Shown one piece after another: positions 21,861 through 35,673 of a DNA stretch of 64,000 nt (position 1 is the first letter of the stretch; each line of letters starts with the position of its first letter). The translations under genes were made by a program, and so were the position numbers. Source of the DNA: Haliotis rufescens (taxonomy: Eukaryota). Under the pieces are notes generated by a model that saw nothing but the letters and a program-made list of their open reading frames with translations, was not told the origin of the DNA and searched no databases. Location: NCBI RefSeq assembly GCF_023055435.1, contig NW_025963879.1, positions 23,436,001-23,500,000 of the forward strand. The letters run 5' to 3'.

Positions 21861-24800
21861 ATGGCAGAAACGGAATTAGGTCCTATGGACGTAGAATGGG
21901 ATTACAACTGCCCACAATACGTCGATTTCAGCGAGCCTTTACCTCTGGATGATAACGCAGACAAATGGTTTGGTGAGAAATTTTGGCCATGATCACTTGG
22001 TCGGGAATTGTTGATTGAAGTTATCTTTGGATTGGGCATAGATCAGAAACACAATGTCAATTGGTTTGAGGGTTTTATGTATAATTTATACTATTCATGT
22101 ATAAATGTTAATGATTCACCCCTGATTTTTCTATGTAATGATATCCAATGGTAACATTCCCTTATGTCATGTTTGAATAGGAATAATATATCAAGTTCAT
22201 GTCAAACGTATGGCTTCTTGATATAAACTGTGTGTTACAACGCGTAGACTGATGTCTAATACATAATATCTATTCACGTCCTTGGATGATCACAAAGAGG
22301 GTGAAAGTGGTTGTTTAAATCTATAGTATGTCCACAGTTACATTTGTTCTCCATCTGTATGATGGTTTGTACACAGACATTTTGACAAGTTTGAAGACTT
22401 CTTGGTCCCCTTCTTGTAACAATTCTACAAAATCTACAATGTTCAATATTCACAATTTAAACCAAAGGTCCACCCTTAGATTTAATTAATGAATAAATGT
22501 GCATGGCTAAATCAGGATATGTTGTGCATGAGTGACTTTTATATTACAGTGGCAGGAAGTGGTGAATGTTTATTATTAATATGGGTGAAGTGATCCACTG
22601 AAACACTGACGCACCGTGGTTAGTTCCCCATTTTTATTATGATACGATACCTGATGTTGCAAGTACATATTTTTACTTACTTGAAGAAAGAATAAACCTA
22701 TCTAAATAGAGATAAATGTGAGCTTGAAAGCCACCCTTGTCCTGGGTGCACCTGTGTATCAGCTGTTTGGGATCATTTATCATGCTTATTGTGAAGGACT
22801 CAGAACAGTAATAAGGAACAGGTATTACGGTGCAAATGAATGTTATCTGAGCTGTCAGTAACCAGCTACGAAATATGATCATGGTGATCATTGGGGAACA
22901 TGTTTATCTCATAGTTCACATCTGTTGATGAGTTTCATGGGTGGATACAGAGGGGGGGGTGCACCACCCCTTTTTATTTCGAAACAAATCTTAATTTCTG
23001 TATAAATTACCACCAAAGACAATAAATAGATCTTAATTGTGCACCCCCCCCTTTTAAAAAAAGCTGTATCCGCCCATGAGTTTGTATTAATTATCTATCA
23101 GTCAGATCAGAGTGATCTGTAAATTGACATAATTTTGATGTTGGTGCAAGAATTTTGTGTTTATTTCATTATGTTCAGTTCAACTACACCATGGTTCACA
23201 ATGACATGACAGAAGTCTACAGACCCACATCACTCACCATGTTCAGCTTATCTGGTATTCTTCTTCAATCAAATTTTAATGCTTTAGATGCAGACCATGA
23301 AGATTTTGAAGATAGCTCCATTCGTATCAGTTCAGGTAGGAATTACTTTGTTTATTATTGTTTATGTTTATCAGTGCTTCAGATTACTTGTACACCATGA
23401 ACATCCGATTTATTATTGGTCTTCAGCAACCTTATAATCCTTTGCCATAAGAGGCAACCAACCGGATTGGGTTGTCTTGCGTTAAACAACCAACAAAGAA
23501 ATCAGCTTACTTAATGTGACTATATGCACAATTGCTAACCTTTGGAACATTATACAGTTGCTGTCTCTGTTTTTCATCCATCAAATCCATGGTCCACTAT
23601 TTTTTAAACCACTTTTTCATTTGACTGTTTTACACACATACAACATGGTGCAAGAATGTATGGTGTGATCATGATGATGCACATGATCACATTGTCAGTG
23701 ATTGTTAAGATACAAAATCATCAAGTGGTGATGATGAGCAAAATAATTGAAATGTTCTATGATTGTTTTCAGAGTACAAAACCGAAAATAAGAAACCCAC
23801 AGAAGAAAATGCGAAAACTCCGAAAGTACAAACACCTACGCCGCAAGCTCAGGTGGCACCAATGAAATCAGGTATCATGGAAGTTCTGGAATTCAGTGAT
23901 GTATATCAAACTGAAAGGCTTGGTAATAACAATAGAACACATTAGTAGCTCATCTGGATTGAAGGGAGCGTCTGCTACAATCTGATTGGTTTTAAAGCTC
24001 TGTTAAATGGAATTGGATCCTGAATTATTTTTTTTATCTTTTGCACTTTTCACTGTGAATCAACTTCTTGATCAGTATCTTTTCAAGGAAGCATATTGTC
24101 CATTAGTCAGTATACTGTGTCTGACTGGGGTATTTGTGTTAAACTGCGGCATGGTATCTCGGTGAGCTGGCACTATAAATCAGCATTAAACCGGACTAGT
24201 ACAAGCAGACACACGCATGCATGTTGCTATATAAGTGCAATAATCTTGGACGCGACATTAAACCCAATTTCACCTCACCCTGGACCCATGAACTAACATA
24301 GTTTTACTATCACTATCTAGCATGTATCAATAACTTCTCTTAAGTATTAACTAACATAGTTTTTGCATTTATGGAGTTATAAATGTGGAATATTGCAAAT
24401 ACAAGGAACAACATTTTTTATGTTTATGACTCCCAAAACATGTCAATTCGTATAATAATACTTCAACAATGACTTCACAACCTGCTTATTTAATTATTAA
24501 CACTAAAAAAACTGGACAGCAATACAAAATCAGTGACATGGTTCAGCAGAATAATACAACGCTGTCATTGCCCATTCTGTTATCAGCCAATCAGGAAACC
24601 TTAAAGGATGAGACGTATCTATCTCTATCATCTTCAGCTCCATTTAAAACTTTAATAAACTAAAACTGAAAAAATATCTAGAATTTATTCTATCGCTTTA
24701 AGTTATTTTTAACAAGCATTTACCCTACCTGATAATATCCTTTTGAAAGTGATAATAGTTACTTACTTACTTATATTAGGAGATTTTACGTGCGCTTTCC

Positions 24801-27800
24801 GACTGGAGCGTATTTCGCACACGGGTTAATAGTTCCCACATGCAGGTCCTTAAGACTGGTAGGATTGGACCATAGACTGTAGTGCTGAATTGAACATCTT
24901 CATTGTGTGTTATGATAACAGATATTCATTCCATGAAGAGGTAATTTTGACAACACCTGAATCTCAGTCTATTGATGTGATTGTAGCTGCAGATTCGGTT
25001 TAACTAATCCCATGCTGTAATTAGTAACAATGGTTGTAATTAAGGAGCATTTGCATTGTGTTGTATCAGACAAGCCTAATGTGCATCAAACATCAAAGGC
25101 TCCTCTAATGACAGGCCACCTTGTAGGGTAAGCTTATCTTGTCAATGTGTCACCCAGTGTTAGACAGCTACAGAATAAACATCAGACGTTGTTTTACTGA
25201 GGGCATACAAATTCAATTTGCTTAGGTGTCATTTTGTCTCTCACTTCTGTAGTGACAGGTGTGATGTCTTTCAAATAGACTTAAATAGTGTGCTTGGGTA
25301 GGGTCGGTGCAGTAGATAACCTTGTAGTGGACGGTGCAGTGTAGCAAACAGGTATGAACTGATACTATCAAGGTGGTCAGTGCAGTAGAGGACCTTGTAG
25401 CACTGTGGATGGTCAGAGTTAGAAATTGGCACTTCTTCTATAGTCCATTCCAAACTGCCCAATAGTTAAGGTATAAGGACTAGTAGATATTTGCCATCTT
25501 AAGGTTTTGTTATATATAATCGTTATAAGGACTAGTGGACCAAAAACCTTAGTTTCTGTGGTGCAGTGTAGCCAACAAGTATGCACTGTCACAAAGTGGA
25601 AAAATACCAATTACTAAGGTGACTAAAAAATCAACTTGGAAGTTATGTTTCTCCTAAATTTAGTGCGGTTATCATCAATTGTCTGCATTACTTTGGTGTT
25701 CTCTCTCGACACAGATGGTCTCTGTGGGCTATATAGTTATATATATTGCAACATTGAACACTGAATTAGTACATGCATAAATACAAATTGAAAAATAATT
25801 TTTGTTAGAGGGAAGCACAGGACCAGTTACTCGTCTGCAAGCAAAGATGACCCCACCATCATCAAATATCATTACATCTCTCGATGAATGGAGGGCCAAG
25901 AAGCCACAGGTTCAGACACAGTCGAAGCCTACTAGCAAGAAAGTTGGAATAGTGGCACCTTTGAGACCCGGGTAAATATTGTTAGCCTTACTGTTTGAAT
26001 GTTACTTAAGCATGCTTATAAAGCTAATCTTAAAATGTGGATTGTTCAAAGTTTTCTGTTATGGTAAATATTGTTTTCTTCTGATTAATCCTTTTAATGC
26101 CACTAATGTCAGTCCATGGAAGCGCAGTAAACAGTTACAAACTAGCCACCAATTCTCTTTCTAGGAAACGAGCAAACAGCAGTTCTGGTACTGACGTTTC
26201 CCCAGTTACATCAACCAGTGACAGGTTTGTTTAAATTTATGTTATCCGAAAGTAAGGTGTATTGGTTGATTATTTTACTTCACAAGCCTTGTTTGACAGG
26301 AATTGCCCGCATACATATTTGACAGAAAGTGTGACACATGAAATAGTCTCATTGGATATTATGGATAATGTGCCGATTATTCCCAATTATGATGCATTCA
26401 TCCAATACAATGCCTACCAGTAACAGTTTGATGGAACAAACAGGATTGTTTTAATGTAAAATCGTACAATTCCATTTGTGACATTTGTGTCATGTTTGTA
26501 ATGTAATAAATAGATATATCAAGTTGAAGGTTTCTGCATTTTGTTCACTTTGCATGCTCAGAGCTGTTTTACTTTCATGTTTTTGATGAACATTTCAAAA
26601 CATTGTTGTAGCCAAAGGCCTGCATTAAAACGACAGCGGATTTCAGGAAGCAACATTCGAAGGAGTGGGTCCCAAAGTAAATTGGAAGTTTCGAGTAACA
26701 TTCGAAGGAGTGGGTCTCAAGACAAATTGGAAGTGTCAAGCAAGAGATCTTTAAAGAGAAGCAACTCCTCAGCCAGTTCTTCCAAACCTGAGAGAATAGC
26801 GCGATCCCATACCCGAGGATATTCAGCTGGTCGCCCTGTTGTCCAGAATAAAGACGACACAGAGGGTCCAGGTGCTAAGTTACCCAAAATGCCAACCCTG
26901 CCCTGCACACCAACCTTTATGAGGTGAGTATTTATACAGGAGATAATGTATTCATTTGGGGACATCTTATGCAATAATAAACCGTGTTATCTGGTGGGGA
27001 TTCTGAATTAGAATAAGCTCCCAGCAACATATGCTGGCTATGAGAGGTGACTGAACAAATTGGAACGTTAAGCTTGGTAATTTTGTTGATAACCTGTCAT
27101 CATACCCTGACAATGTGGTTTCATTTTATCATAATACCAGTCACTGGATTGTCTGGTCCAGATTTGATTATATACAGGCTTAAGTTATATAGCTGGAATA
27201 ATAATGATACTGGTGAAAGCGGCATTAAACAACAAACAAACAATGATTGATATTATCATCTCTGAGATTTAAGAGATGTCACTTTGTCGCAATGAGATTT
27301 GAGTAAGATATGGTTGTTTCATAATACCAGCACCACCTTGTATGTACAAATTGTGCTGTCATTTTCAGGAGAAAGCAACTGGCTGCCGGGTCTCCACGAG
27401 TTAAAAGTACTGAGGAGCAGGAGTTGGAACAGATAGCACAGATGAGGAAGGAGTTGGCCAAGAAGAGGAAGATGGCCATGGATTCCCTGCAGAAAAGTAA
27501 GACTGCTCCTGGGTATGTCGCGGTACATAACTCACGAGAACCCACTATAATACAGGACTTCAAGTTCAGCACAGACAGTAGAATAAAGTCACAGCACCAG
27601 GACATCCAAGATGAGAGTACCATTGATTTTGCCAAGTGTCTGCGGTCTAATACTGCCTCCGCAACACAGGTGAGGATTTTGAATGGTGCATAAATCTAAG
27701 CAACTGAATACAGATGCAAGTTGATGTGATTCATATAAACTGTGTAATAAGTTGGCTGGTTTGTTGGTTTGTTTAATGCTGCACACAGATATGTTAGGAT

Positions 27801-30800
27801 TCTGTAAATAATCAAGTCTGGATCAGACAATCCAGTGATTATTATCATGAGCATCGATCCACACAATTGGGATCAATGACATGCATCATCCAAGTCAGCG
27901 AGCCAGCCACCCGATCCTGTTGGTCGCCTCTTACGACAAGCATAGTCACGTTTTATGGCAAGCATGGGTTGCTGAAGACCTATTCTACCCCGGATCTTGT
28001 GTGATAAGATTCCTCTCTGTGCACATGCATATATCTTCTCATCTATGCATCCTTTCATACTATATTATATAACTGTTAATACCAAAATCATTTTGTCAAC
28101 AATCCTAAACTTTTGGATTCATTTTGGGTTTGATTATTAGCTAAGCTAACTGACAAGTAGTGATTGAACATGTTGAACGTTGGCTTCACTGACAAGAAGT
28201 GATTTGAACTTTAGGCTGAAACCAGATACAACTTCTCTACATCTTCTTTAATATTTAAGGGTCCAAGAAGTTTAACCAGGCCACAACCCTTCAAGCTGAC
28301 AACCAGCCACAAACCAGCACCACAGTCGGAAAAGTTCCTGTCCATGGCACAGTCTGTTGCAGCCTTCCATAGATCGACACCTGACAGATTCAGAAGAAAA
28401 CCCCGAGGTAGGGACTGTAAAGCAGTGGAGAAGGAAGATAATCCGTAGTGAAAACATTTTGATGGATCAAAGCACCCTCCGTGTTTGTTTAGGTGAAAGG
28501 ATGAGGATTAAGATAGTAATCCCTGTCAGACACCTTGTTGAAAGGGAGTAGTCATTATGTCAGTCCGTCAATTGATTAATCCTTTTGAACTGTGTGTGTT
28601 GATAAGGCAGGGTATAAGTGATGACATGCTAGATGTTATCTAGATGATCAACTTCATTCGACTTGGAAAGTTGTCACACTGCGTTCACATGTTGGATACT
28701 CCATGATTCAAGCTGAAATAATCCTTATCTGTGAGTGAATTAATATTTCTGCATTATTTAATTGAAGTAGGGAAAATTAGTATTTATGTTGTTTTTTATG
28801 TTCTGACAATAAAGCACTAAGCAGTTCTACAACATTTCACATGTGATGTCAATTATCAGCCTCCAGCTCTGACAAGAAGTTACTCAAGGCACGGTCACCT
28901 CACGCCCTTCGCCTCACCCAGCCAGAGACGCCGAAACTAGAGACCCGTCATCGCTACCGGCCGCCGACTGCACCCAGTCAGAGAGACCTTGAAGACCAGG
29001 AGTATCAGGAGATTATGAAGTAGGCTTCACTTCTACTCAAATTATTCTTGCTTTTGGTAGCTTGGTAGTACATTGCACATCGACATTAAATTTTAAAAAT
29101 ATATTTCTGGATGAGTTTCAATCAGCCAAGTCCTGCCAGAAACAGTATTGAATATTCTATAGCCCACTAATCCTATTTCATATGACAATGTACATATTCC
29201 ATGTATACATGCAGAATACCATGCATGTATCCAGGTAAATGGGGTTAAAGGTAAAAATAACAAGAGTTTGCCACTAACGTGGCTATATCCCCGCCCCTGT
29301 TGCAGAATTTATGACATAATTAAATCTAAACAAACCCTAACCTTTTTTAACCGAGGTGGAACTTGTCATGGAAATTGTAAAAAAAAGATGAGTTTGGAGT
29401 CCATCTTGTTGCCATGGAAACATAAAACATTAATATTTCTAACAAAATTTAAATAGCAAATGGCACCAGTTCAGCATTTACCTGACAGACCTGCAAAGTT
29501 TGATGAAAAAATATTGAACGGTTTATGAGTTATGCTCCGGAAAGAACCTTACCCTCACAGAACCTAAGTCCATCTTGTTGCCATGGAAACATAAAAAATT
29601 TCTTAAATTTCTCAATAGCAAAAGGCACCAGTTCAGCATGTACCTGACAGACCTGCAAAGTTTGAACAAATATTGAACGGTTTATGTGGTATGCTCCGGA
29701 AACGAACCCTACCTGTCTAAAATTTCTAAATAGCAACAGGCACCAGTTCAGCATGTATCTGACAGACCTGCAAAATTTCATGAAAAAATATTGAACAGTT
29801 TATGAGTTATGCTCCGGAAACGAAACTTGACGGATGGACGGACGGAGCCCGTTTCTATATCCCCGCCAACTTCATTGGGCGGGGGATAATAAATACTGAA
29901 GGTACATCTTGATAATGGTAAAAGAAATGCTTTTTGTTTATTATCTGCTGTCTGACATATCTTTGATAACCAGAGAGCAGCATTCCCAGAATATTTAGAA
30001 CAATATTTACTCACAATATACTTCAAGTAAAGTGAAATGATAGTAAAGTGATATATGTTCAAGCCGTGTTTACAAATGACCGCAGTATGTTATGCTCAGA
30101 AGCAGACAAGGTTCTAATGCACCATTAACTAATATTTTTTCCTCTTTTCCTCACAGATATCAGTTTAAGGCCAACCCTGTGAACACGAGGATCATGAGTC
30201 AGGCTACAGGACTCTACAAACCAGAGCCAAAACCAACAACCAAGCCAGAGGAGTTCAACCTTCACTTAGACAAGCGTTTTCAGGAACGGCCAAATAAAGC
30301 TTCAGATGAAGAGGAATTTGTTTTCCATGCTCAGCCAGTGCCGAGGAAGATTCTGGAGGGAACAGTGGTAAGAACACTTGAACTCTAGAAAGTATTTCAA
30401 ATGAATGCTTTTTAAGTGTATTGACACAATTTGCTGCGAGGTTGCGGATGCAGTGTTGAGCAATAATCACTCTCAGTGTAAGGGTGAATCATTGTTTGTC
30501 TTTCATTATGAATACGTTTTATCAACAAGGAAAGTTGTTTTGTTTATTTTATCTTTGGTCATTTGTTATTTCTCAACTTAATCCTTGCTTATTTATCATA
30601 TAAAACATTTTTAGGTATTACCAATTTACAGTTTTTCACCCGATGTTACTGTATGTAAATTAGCTTGGAATACTGAGACTTACACTTTCCTGTTTCTGAA
30701 GGGTGTAAAGCCAGCAAGGGAGATACCTTCCACTGTGCCTCAGTCACCAGCCTTTGCTCTCAAGCATCGGGTACGGCTCCCTGTTGAAGTACCACAAGAA

Positions 30801-33524
30801 AAGGTAAGTGCTGCTTCTAGTTGCATTTGTTTGGTAAAATTTAGATGCCATTTATTATTTTAACCATGTTGATAGGATTTAGTCCTGGGAATGCTTTAAG
30901 ATCCATGATTTCTCTATGTTGTAGGAAACAGAGAAGCCTTTGCCCAAGGCTCACGCTGTGCCTCACCCAGGCATCCCATTCCAGCCCAAGCTGTCCCACA
31001 GGACAACTACCCCAGAGCCATTCAGCTTCGAGAGTCGCTACCCTGATCCAAACGCTGTGAAGGAGGCCAAACTGCGACAGAAACTTGAGGAGGAACAACG
31101 GGTATGGGAAACAGATGTATTGGCATGAGCCATAACAATGAACAATATAGAACCATAAGAATTTTTCTGGAACTGAACATGTATAACATAATAATCCAAA
31201 AGCTTTTCATAGCCTTGTTTCCTTACATGTTTCCAAAGTTCTATGGGCAGCCCTGTGACAAAAGCATCGGTTAACATTGAAGACCCACATGGGTACATGA
31301 ACCTGATTTCTGTTTTCCCCTGCCGAACTATATGGCTGGAATGTTGTTATAGGCATGTAGACATGTCTATCACACAATTGTTTTAACATACTTTGAGATT
31401 ATTACTTTACACTGCTCACCTGAGCGATGAGATACATGGAATTCTCAAATGACTTTCATGAACTCAGCACCCTGAAGACTAAGATGTACACTGAAATGTA
31501 GTTTCTGTGTCATCACACTATCGTTCCCCATTGTGAAGAAGTGGTTTCAAAAACTGAACAACGATATGCTTGTCATGCTTGTGTGATGTTTTTAAACATA
31601 AGATCAGCAATGATATGCTGAAAAATACTAGCGTGTTATTAGACATGTCAACAATGATATATTTGTTTTGCCAACAAAGCTTCTGAAACACCCGTATCCT
31701 GATACCTGGATATTAACATTCTGTGCTACAGGCACGCGAGTTCCGGGCCAACCCACTACCACGCTTAGAGCCTGTTCTACCCGAGAGGCACACCAAGATC
31801 TGTACAAAGCTGGAACCCTTCAACCTCCAGAGTGACATCCGCGGTGCCAAGAAGTCAGAAGAGTGGAATCACAAGGTTGTAAGTTAATCCATGAAGATGA
31901 GTGAACTTAGAATCTGTCAATACTTGCAGCAGAGTATCCTTCCTTAAATGTTCATCAGAGTAATCTTTTCCAAGGAATGTGTCATTTGGCATGTTGCTGT
32001 GAATTACCAACTTTTTGGCATGTATTTCGCATGTCTCCGAACCATCACTTGAAATCACTGGTTTTGGAAAGCTGCAAGTTTTGACAAAGATCTCCCTAGT
32101 TTGTTGACTGTATGTCTGTGTTTGTCTGGAGAACTAACTGAAGCATGCTGTCCTGAAGAATAACACAAAGATGTTTGGCTTATTTTGACAACCGGATATT
32201 TGATAAGCAACATTAGCGTGTAAGTAGGTGTGACAACAACATTTAGACAAATCGACTGCCACCAATTTAAAAAGAAAACTCATGAACCAACCTAATTTGT
32301 TTTACTATTTTAAAGAGTGCTAGCCCATGGGGTTTTATCTGCCATTTTAAGATTACTGTTGATTCATAAAATATCCATAAAACTGCACTGAAACTAGTAT
32401 ACATGTACATCCTTCAGAATCTTGCACTTATAAAAATCAGAACTTTGAAAACTTGGATATTGACAATTATGTAAAGCACTAAATAATGCAAGAAATGGTA
32501 CAAATAGTGTCAATGGATGATAGCTGTTTTACAGTTGTCTCACTTTCCATCATGTCTCTTTGTCAGCTGGAAGAGGAGCAGGTGAAGCTGAAACAGGCAG
32601 CAATATTCAAGGCCAGACCTGCCGATGTTGTCCACCAGGAACCCTTCATGCCCCAGAGATCAACTCGGCCACTGACAGGTTAGTAATGCACATGCACCAT
32701 ATCAATTAAGACACATTCATGATATTCATGGTGCAGAAATAATTTAAGATCCAATTTCACAAGAAACAAACATAAGAATGACAAACATTCCAAATCAAAG
32801 ATGATATTACCTTCATTACTGCAACAATTGGTGATGTCGACAAGCATATCAATGTTTTTCTAGAGGCCATAAGTCTTGGTTATTTTTACCAAACTCCAAA
32901 AGGTTAGAATATAGGTTTGGTAATTGAAACAATTTGATTCTTCCAAGATTTTTTGTTTGACATGAGAGCCACCAGGCCAGAAAGGGTGGGAAATGTAGAT
33001 TTTAGTCAAATGGGTTACTAATGGGACAACCCAAGGGCGTCATTAGAATCTCAGAATGGCCTTCAGATTTTGTAAATTTTGAATGATGATTGCTGTCTGG
33101 TGGGACATTTTCTTGGAACATTAAATCTTTACTATATAGATATCTGCTAGATCCTTATTCCTATCTGTCAGAAAATGGCAGACAAGCAATCTTTATTTCC
33201 TTGTTACTGCATTCTAACTGTAATTTCTGGTTAGATGTGAGTGACATGACGCTGAACACCGAGCGGCGGGCTGTGGACCGGGATGAGTATGAAATCAGGA
33301 AGAAGGCACGAGAGGCTCAGTTGGCTGAGTTGAGCCATGAACGGGAATCACAGAAGATAGAGGAAGAGAGAGCTGCTATTGCTAAACTGAGGGCAGAGAT
33401 GGTTCACAAGTCCAACCCAATCAGAAAATTCAAACAGGTCGTTCTCCAAGGTAGCGAAAAACCACCAACATGTCCAGAGTCCCCAAGATTCTCAGACAGA
33501 CTACGAAGCAAAGTCCGAGTATAA
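21861..33524 (+). CDS. TPX2: Targeting protein for Xklp2 (spindle assembly factor, Aurora-A activator), 15 exons, ~813 aa
   Basis: Exons: 21861-21972, 23288-23335, 23773-23871, 25809-25971, 26165-26224, 26612-26923, 27369-27669, 28260-28407, 28860-29019, 30157-30367, 30702-30803, 30925-31101, 31732-31878, 32567-32678, 33235-33524 (2442 nt, GT-AG, phases consistent). N-terminal WDYNCPQYVDF..DNADKWF Aurora-A-binding-like motif; KSTEEQELE, FKANP, FHAQPVP, TVPQSPAF, FRANPLP, FKARPA; C-terminal LNTERRAVDRDEYE..LRAEMVHKSNPIRKF..PTCPESPRFS. Confidence 0.95.
22937..23078. mobile_element. Short MITE in TPX2 intron 1
   Basis: TIRs catgggtggatacag / ctgtatccgcccatg with internal gggggggtgcac / gtgcacccccc. 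Confidence 0.75.
27757..27998 (-). repeat. Repeat family A copy (an opposite-orientation partial copy lies at 27141-27243)
   Basis: ..ctgtaaataatcaagtctggatcagacaatccagtg..ggtcgcctcttacgacaagcat..gaagacctattctaccccggatctt. Confidence 0.85.
29258..29893 (+). mobile_element. Non-autonomous Helentron/HINE-like element with internal ~168-bp tandem units
   Basis: Starts aacaagag; repeated gtccatcttgttgccatggaaac..ggcaccagttcagcat..gacagacctgcaaa..gctccggaaa; then a (GACG)n microsatellite and a 3' stem-loop atccccgccaacttcattgggcgggggat. Confidence 0.7.
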
Positions 33525-34566
33525 GCTTCGATCAGCATTGACATCTCTTTATCCATTTATTCATACACACGTGTGAATACAGCTGATACAGTTGACGGTG
33601 ATGGTTGTAGACAGCTGATTATGGCTCCATCTCATCAACGGTCATCCAGGAATCTCGGATAGTAAGATACTGTATATTTCTGTCATCAATGTTGTACAGT
33701 TTCAACTACAGTTTAATCAATATCATTTAGACCATGCCCTAATTGTCACTACAGGTGCATATTGTTAGATTTTATTTTTGCATTTTTTGTAAGCCATAGC
33801 TATTTTCCTTAAAGTTGCAATCAAAGAATGTAAAAGGTCTCATTTCAACTGCTTTACAGGATCATGATGATCCAATGTTGGATATTGTCCTTTCATGATC
33901 TACTGTGGAACAAACCTATGCTCATTTTATGTAAAACATGCTTATGTATAAGCAAATTTTATTTATGTTTATATTAGATTTTATTTATCTTGAAAACAGC
34001 ATTCATTATGTAACTACTGTTTGTCCATAGTAATAGGCTAACTAGTGGATGGGGGTTTCCATAGTAAGGAATATCCAGATTATTATAAGACAATATTATT
34101 TCCTGGTTTACAGACAATCCAATATTGCACAAATGTGGAACTTAATGAGACTGAACCTCGTGTGATTGCTATCTAATGTGCAAGGATTAGGGAGTACTTC
34201 TGCTCCTTGGCAGTGGTGTATCACAGGATGATACAAGTCGAAGTATTTAAGCCCAAGGAAACATTGTGTGAATAACCTTTTTTTGAGACACTGGAATGAG
34301 ATTTTACAATGTTTATATGGTAAGATTAAGCCAATAATCATTGTAATTGTGGGTGATCTGCTATGTACTTTGTTAGTGTATTTGAGACACTTGTAGCCCT
34401 GATGCTGCATATAGTTGTACATACAAGTGGAGAGGTGGCTAAATGTGCTCAGACGTCTTCTCTTTCTCTGCCTACTGTGTTTTCTGTGAAGTCCTTTCTA
34501 CCTTCTGTATCTTTCAATGCTCCTCGGTCATTTCCTCTCTGTAATTATGTAATCTAATGCTATGTG

Positions 34567-34580
34567 AATAAATTAATAAA
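34567..34580 (+). terminator. Tandem AATAAA polyadenylation signals, probable TPX2 3' end
   Basis: AATAAA at 34567-34572 and 34575-34580, followed by T/GT-rich sequence, ~1 kb after the TPX2 stop. Confidence 0.55.
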
Positions 34581-35673
34581 CCAACAAACACTTGTATTTT
34601 TTAATCTGATTATCTGATATCTTTCGACGTCAAATCTGCTGAGACAGCAATATTCAAGCAGAATCGAGAATAACTTTTGGTGTCATCATGGGTGGGAACA
34701 AGCTTGTGAAGTTGGTTCACGATGAGAAGACAATTGCCTAAGTTGCTGCACAAACCCAAAAGAAAACAAAGTGCAATGTCATCTATTTTTTTAATTTTTA
34801 TAAAAATGTTTACAGTTGTTTTCATGATATAACAAATGATTGCGTAAATTTAGGATATGAAAATGAATGGCTCAACAATGAGTGTTATGAATATGGTTCA
34901 TCACAAATGTACACCTACCCATATATATCGATCCATGTTATATATCTGTCTGTTTTCCAAAAGTAATATCTTACACTATCACAAAACCAAATGGTAACTA
35001 ATTGCATACAACTATCATAACAAACCCAAATGAACCAGTCATGTAAAGTAAATACAAACTGGTTGATGGCAACAACCTCTTGTTAGTTGTGGAACATGCA
35101 AAATTGAGTATTGCATTATGTGACAATACCTCAGGTAGGTATATCATGACATCCATTATTGGTTCACATCAAAAATCCACCCATGACAACGGCAGTGATG
35201 GTACCACAAGGGTCTTGATAGCCAAGCAACTAACGTTATTAAGGCCAAAAGGTCTGGCTGTTCCATTTGTGTATACCAAAGATGGCATTGTTTATGAATC
35301 ATCAACCAACAGTAAATGGGGCGTTTTGCAGTAGTTTACAGCTGACCATGGTATTCTGTACAAATCATTCTCACCACCACCAGGTGATAGTAATGTGCCA
35401 AATGAAATATTGGTTGAGTTACTGACAAATGTCTGAAATAAAGGGGGATGGGTGCCTCGGCACCTCCCTATGGATCTTCCACTACCCTGTGGGTTGGGTA
35501 CTCGCACATCAAGGATCAGAAGCCATCGTGGGTATTACTTGTTACATCCTGATCTAGTTGCATCTTAGGTCTGCACTCTCCCATGCTGGACTTGCGTCTC
35601 ATTACAGTGCACCCACTGGATGAAGGTTTGAGAAATTCCAGCCCAACGTATATCTGGTCTTGACATTGTTTCG

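Noticed and set aside
25070-25127. Exon-like segment in TPX2 intron 3 (cag|ACAAGCC...GTAGG|gtaagc)
   Set aside because: 58 nt would shift the frame and give a stop in the next exon, while exons 3 and 4 join in frame without it. It could only be a poison exon, and there is no evidence for that.
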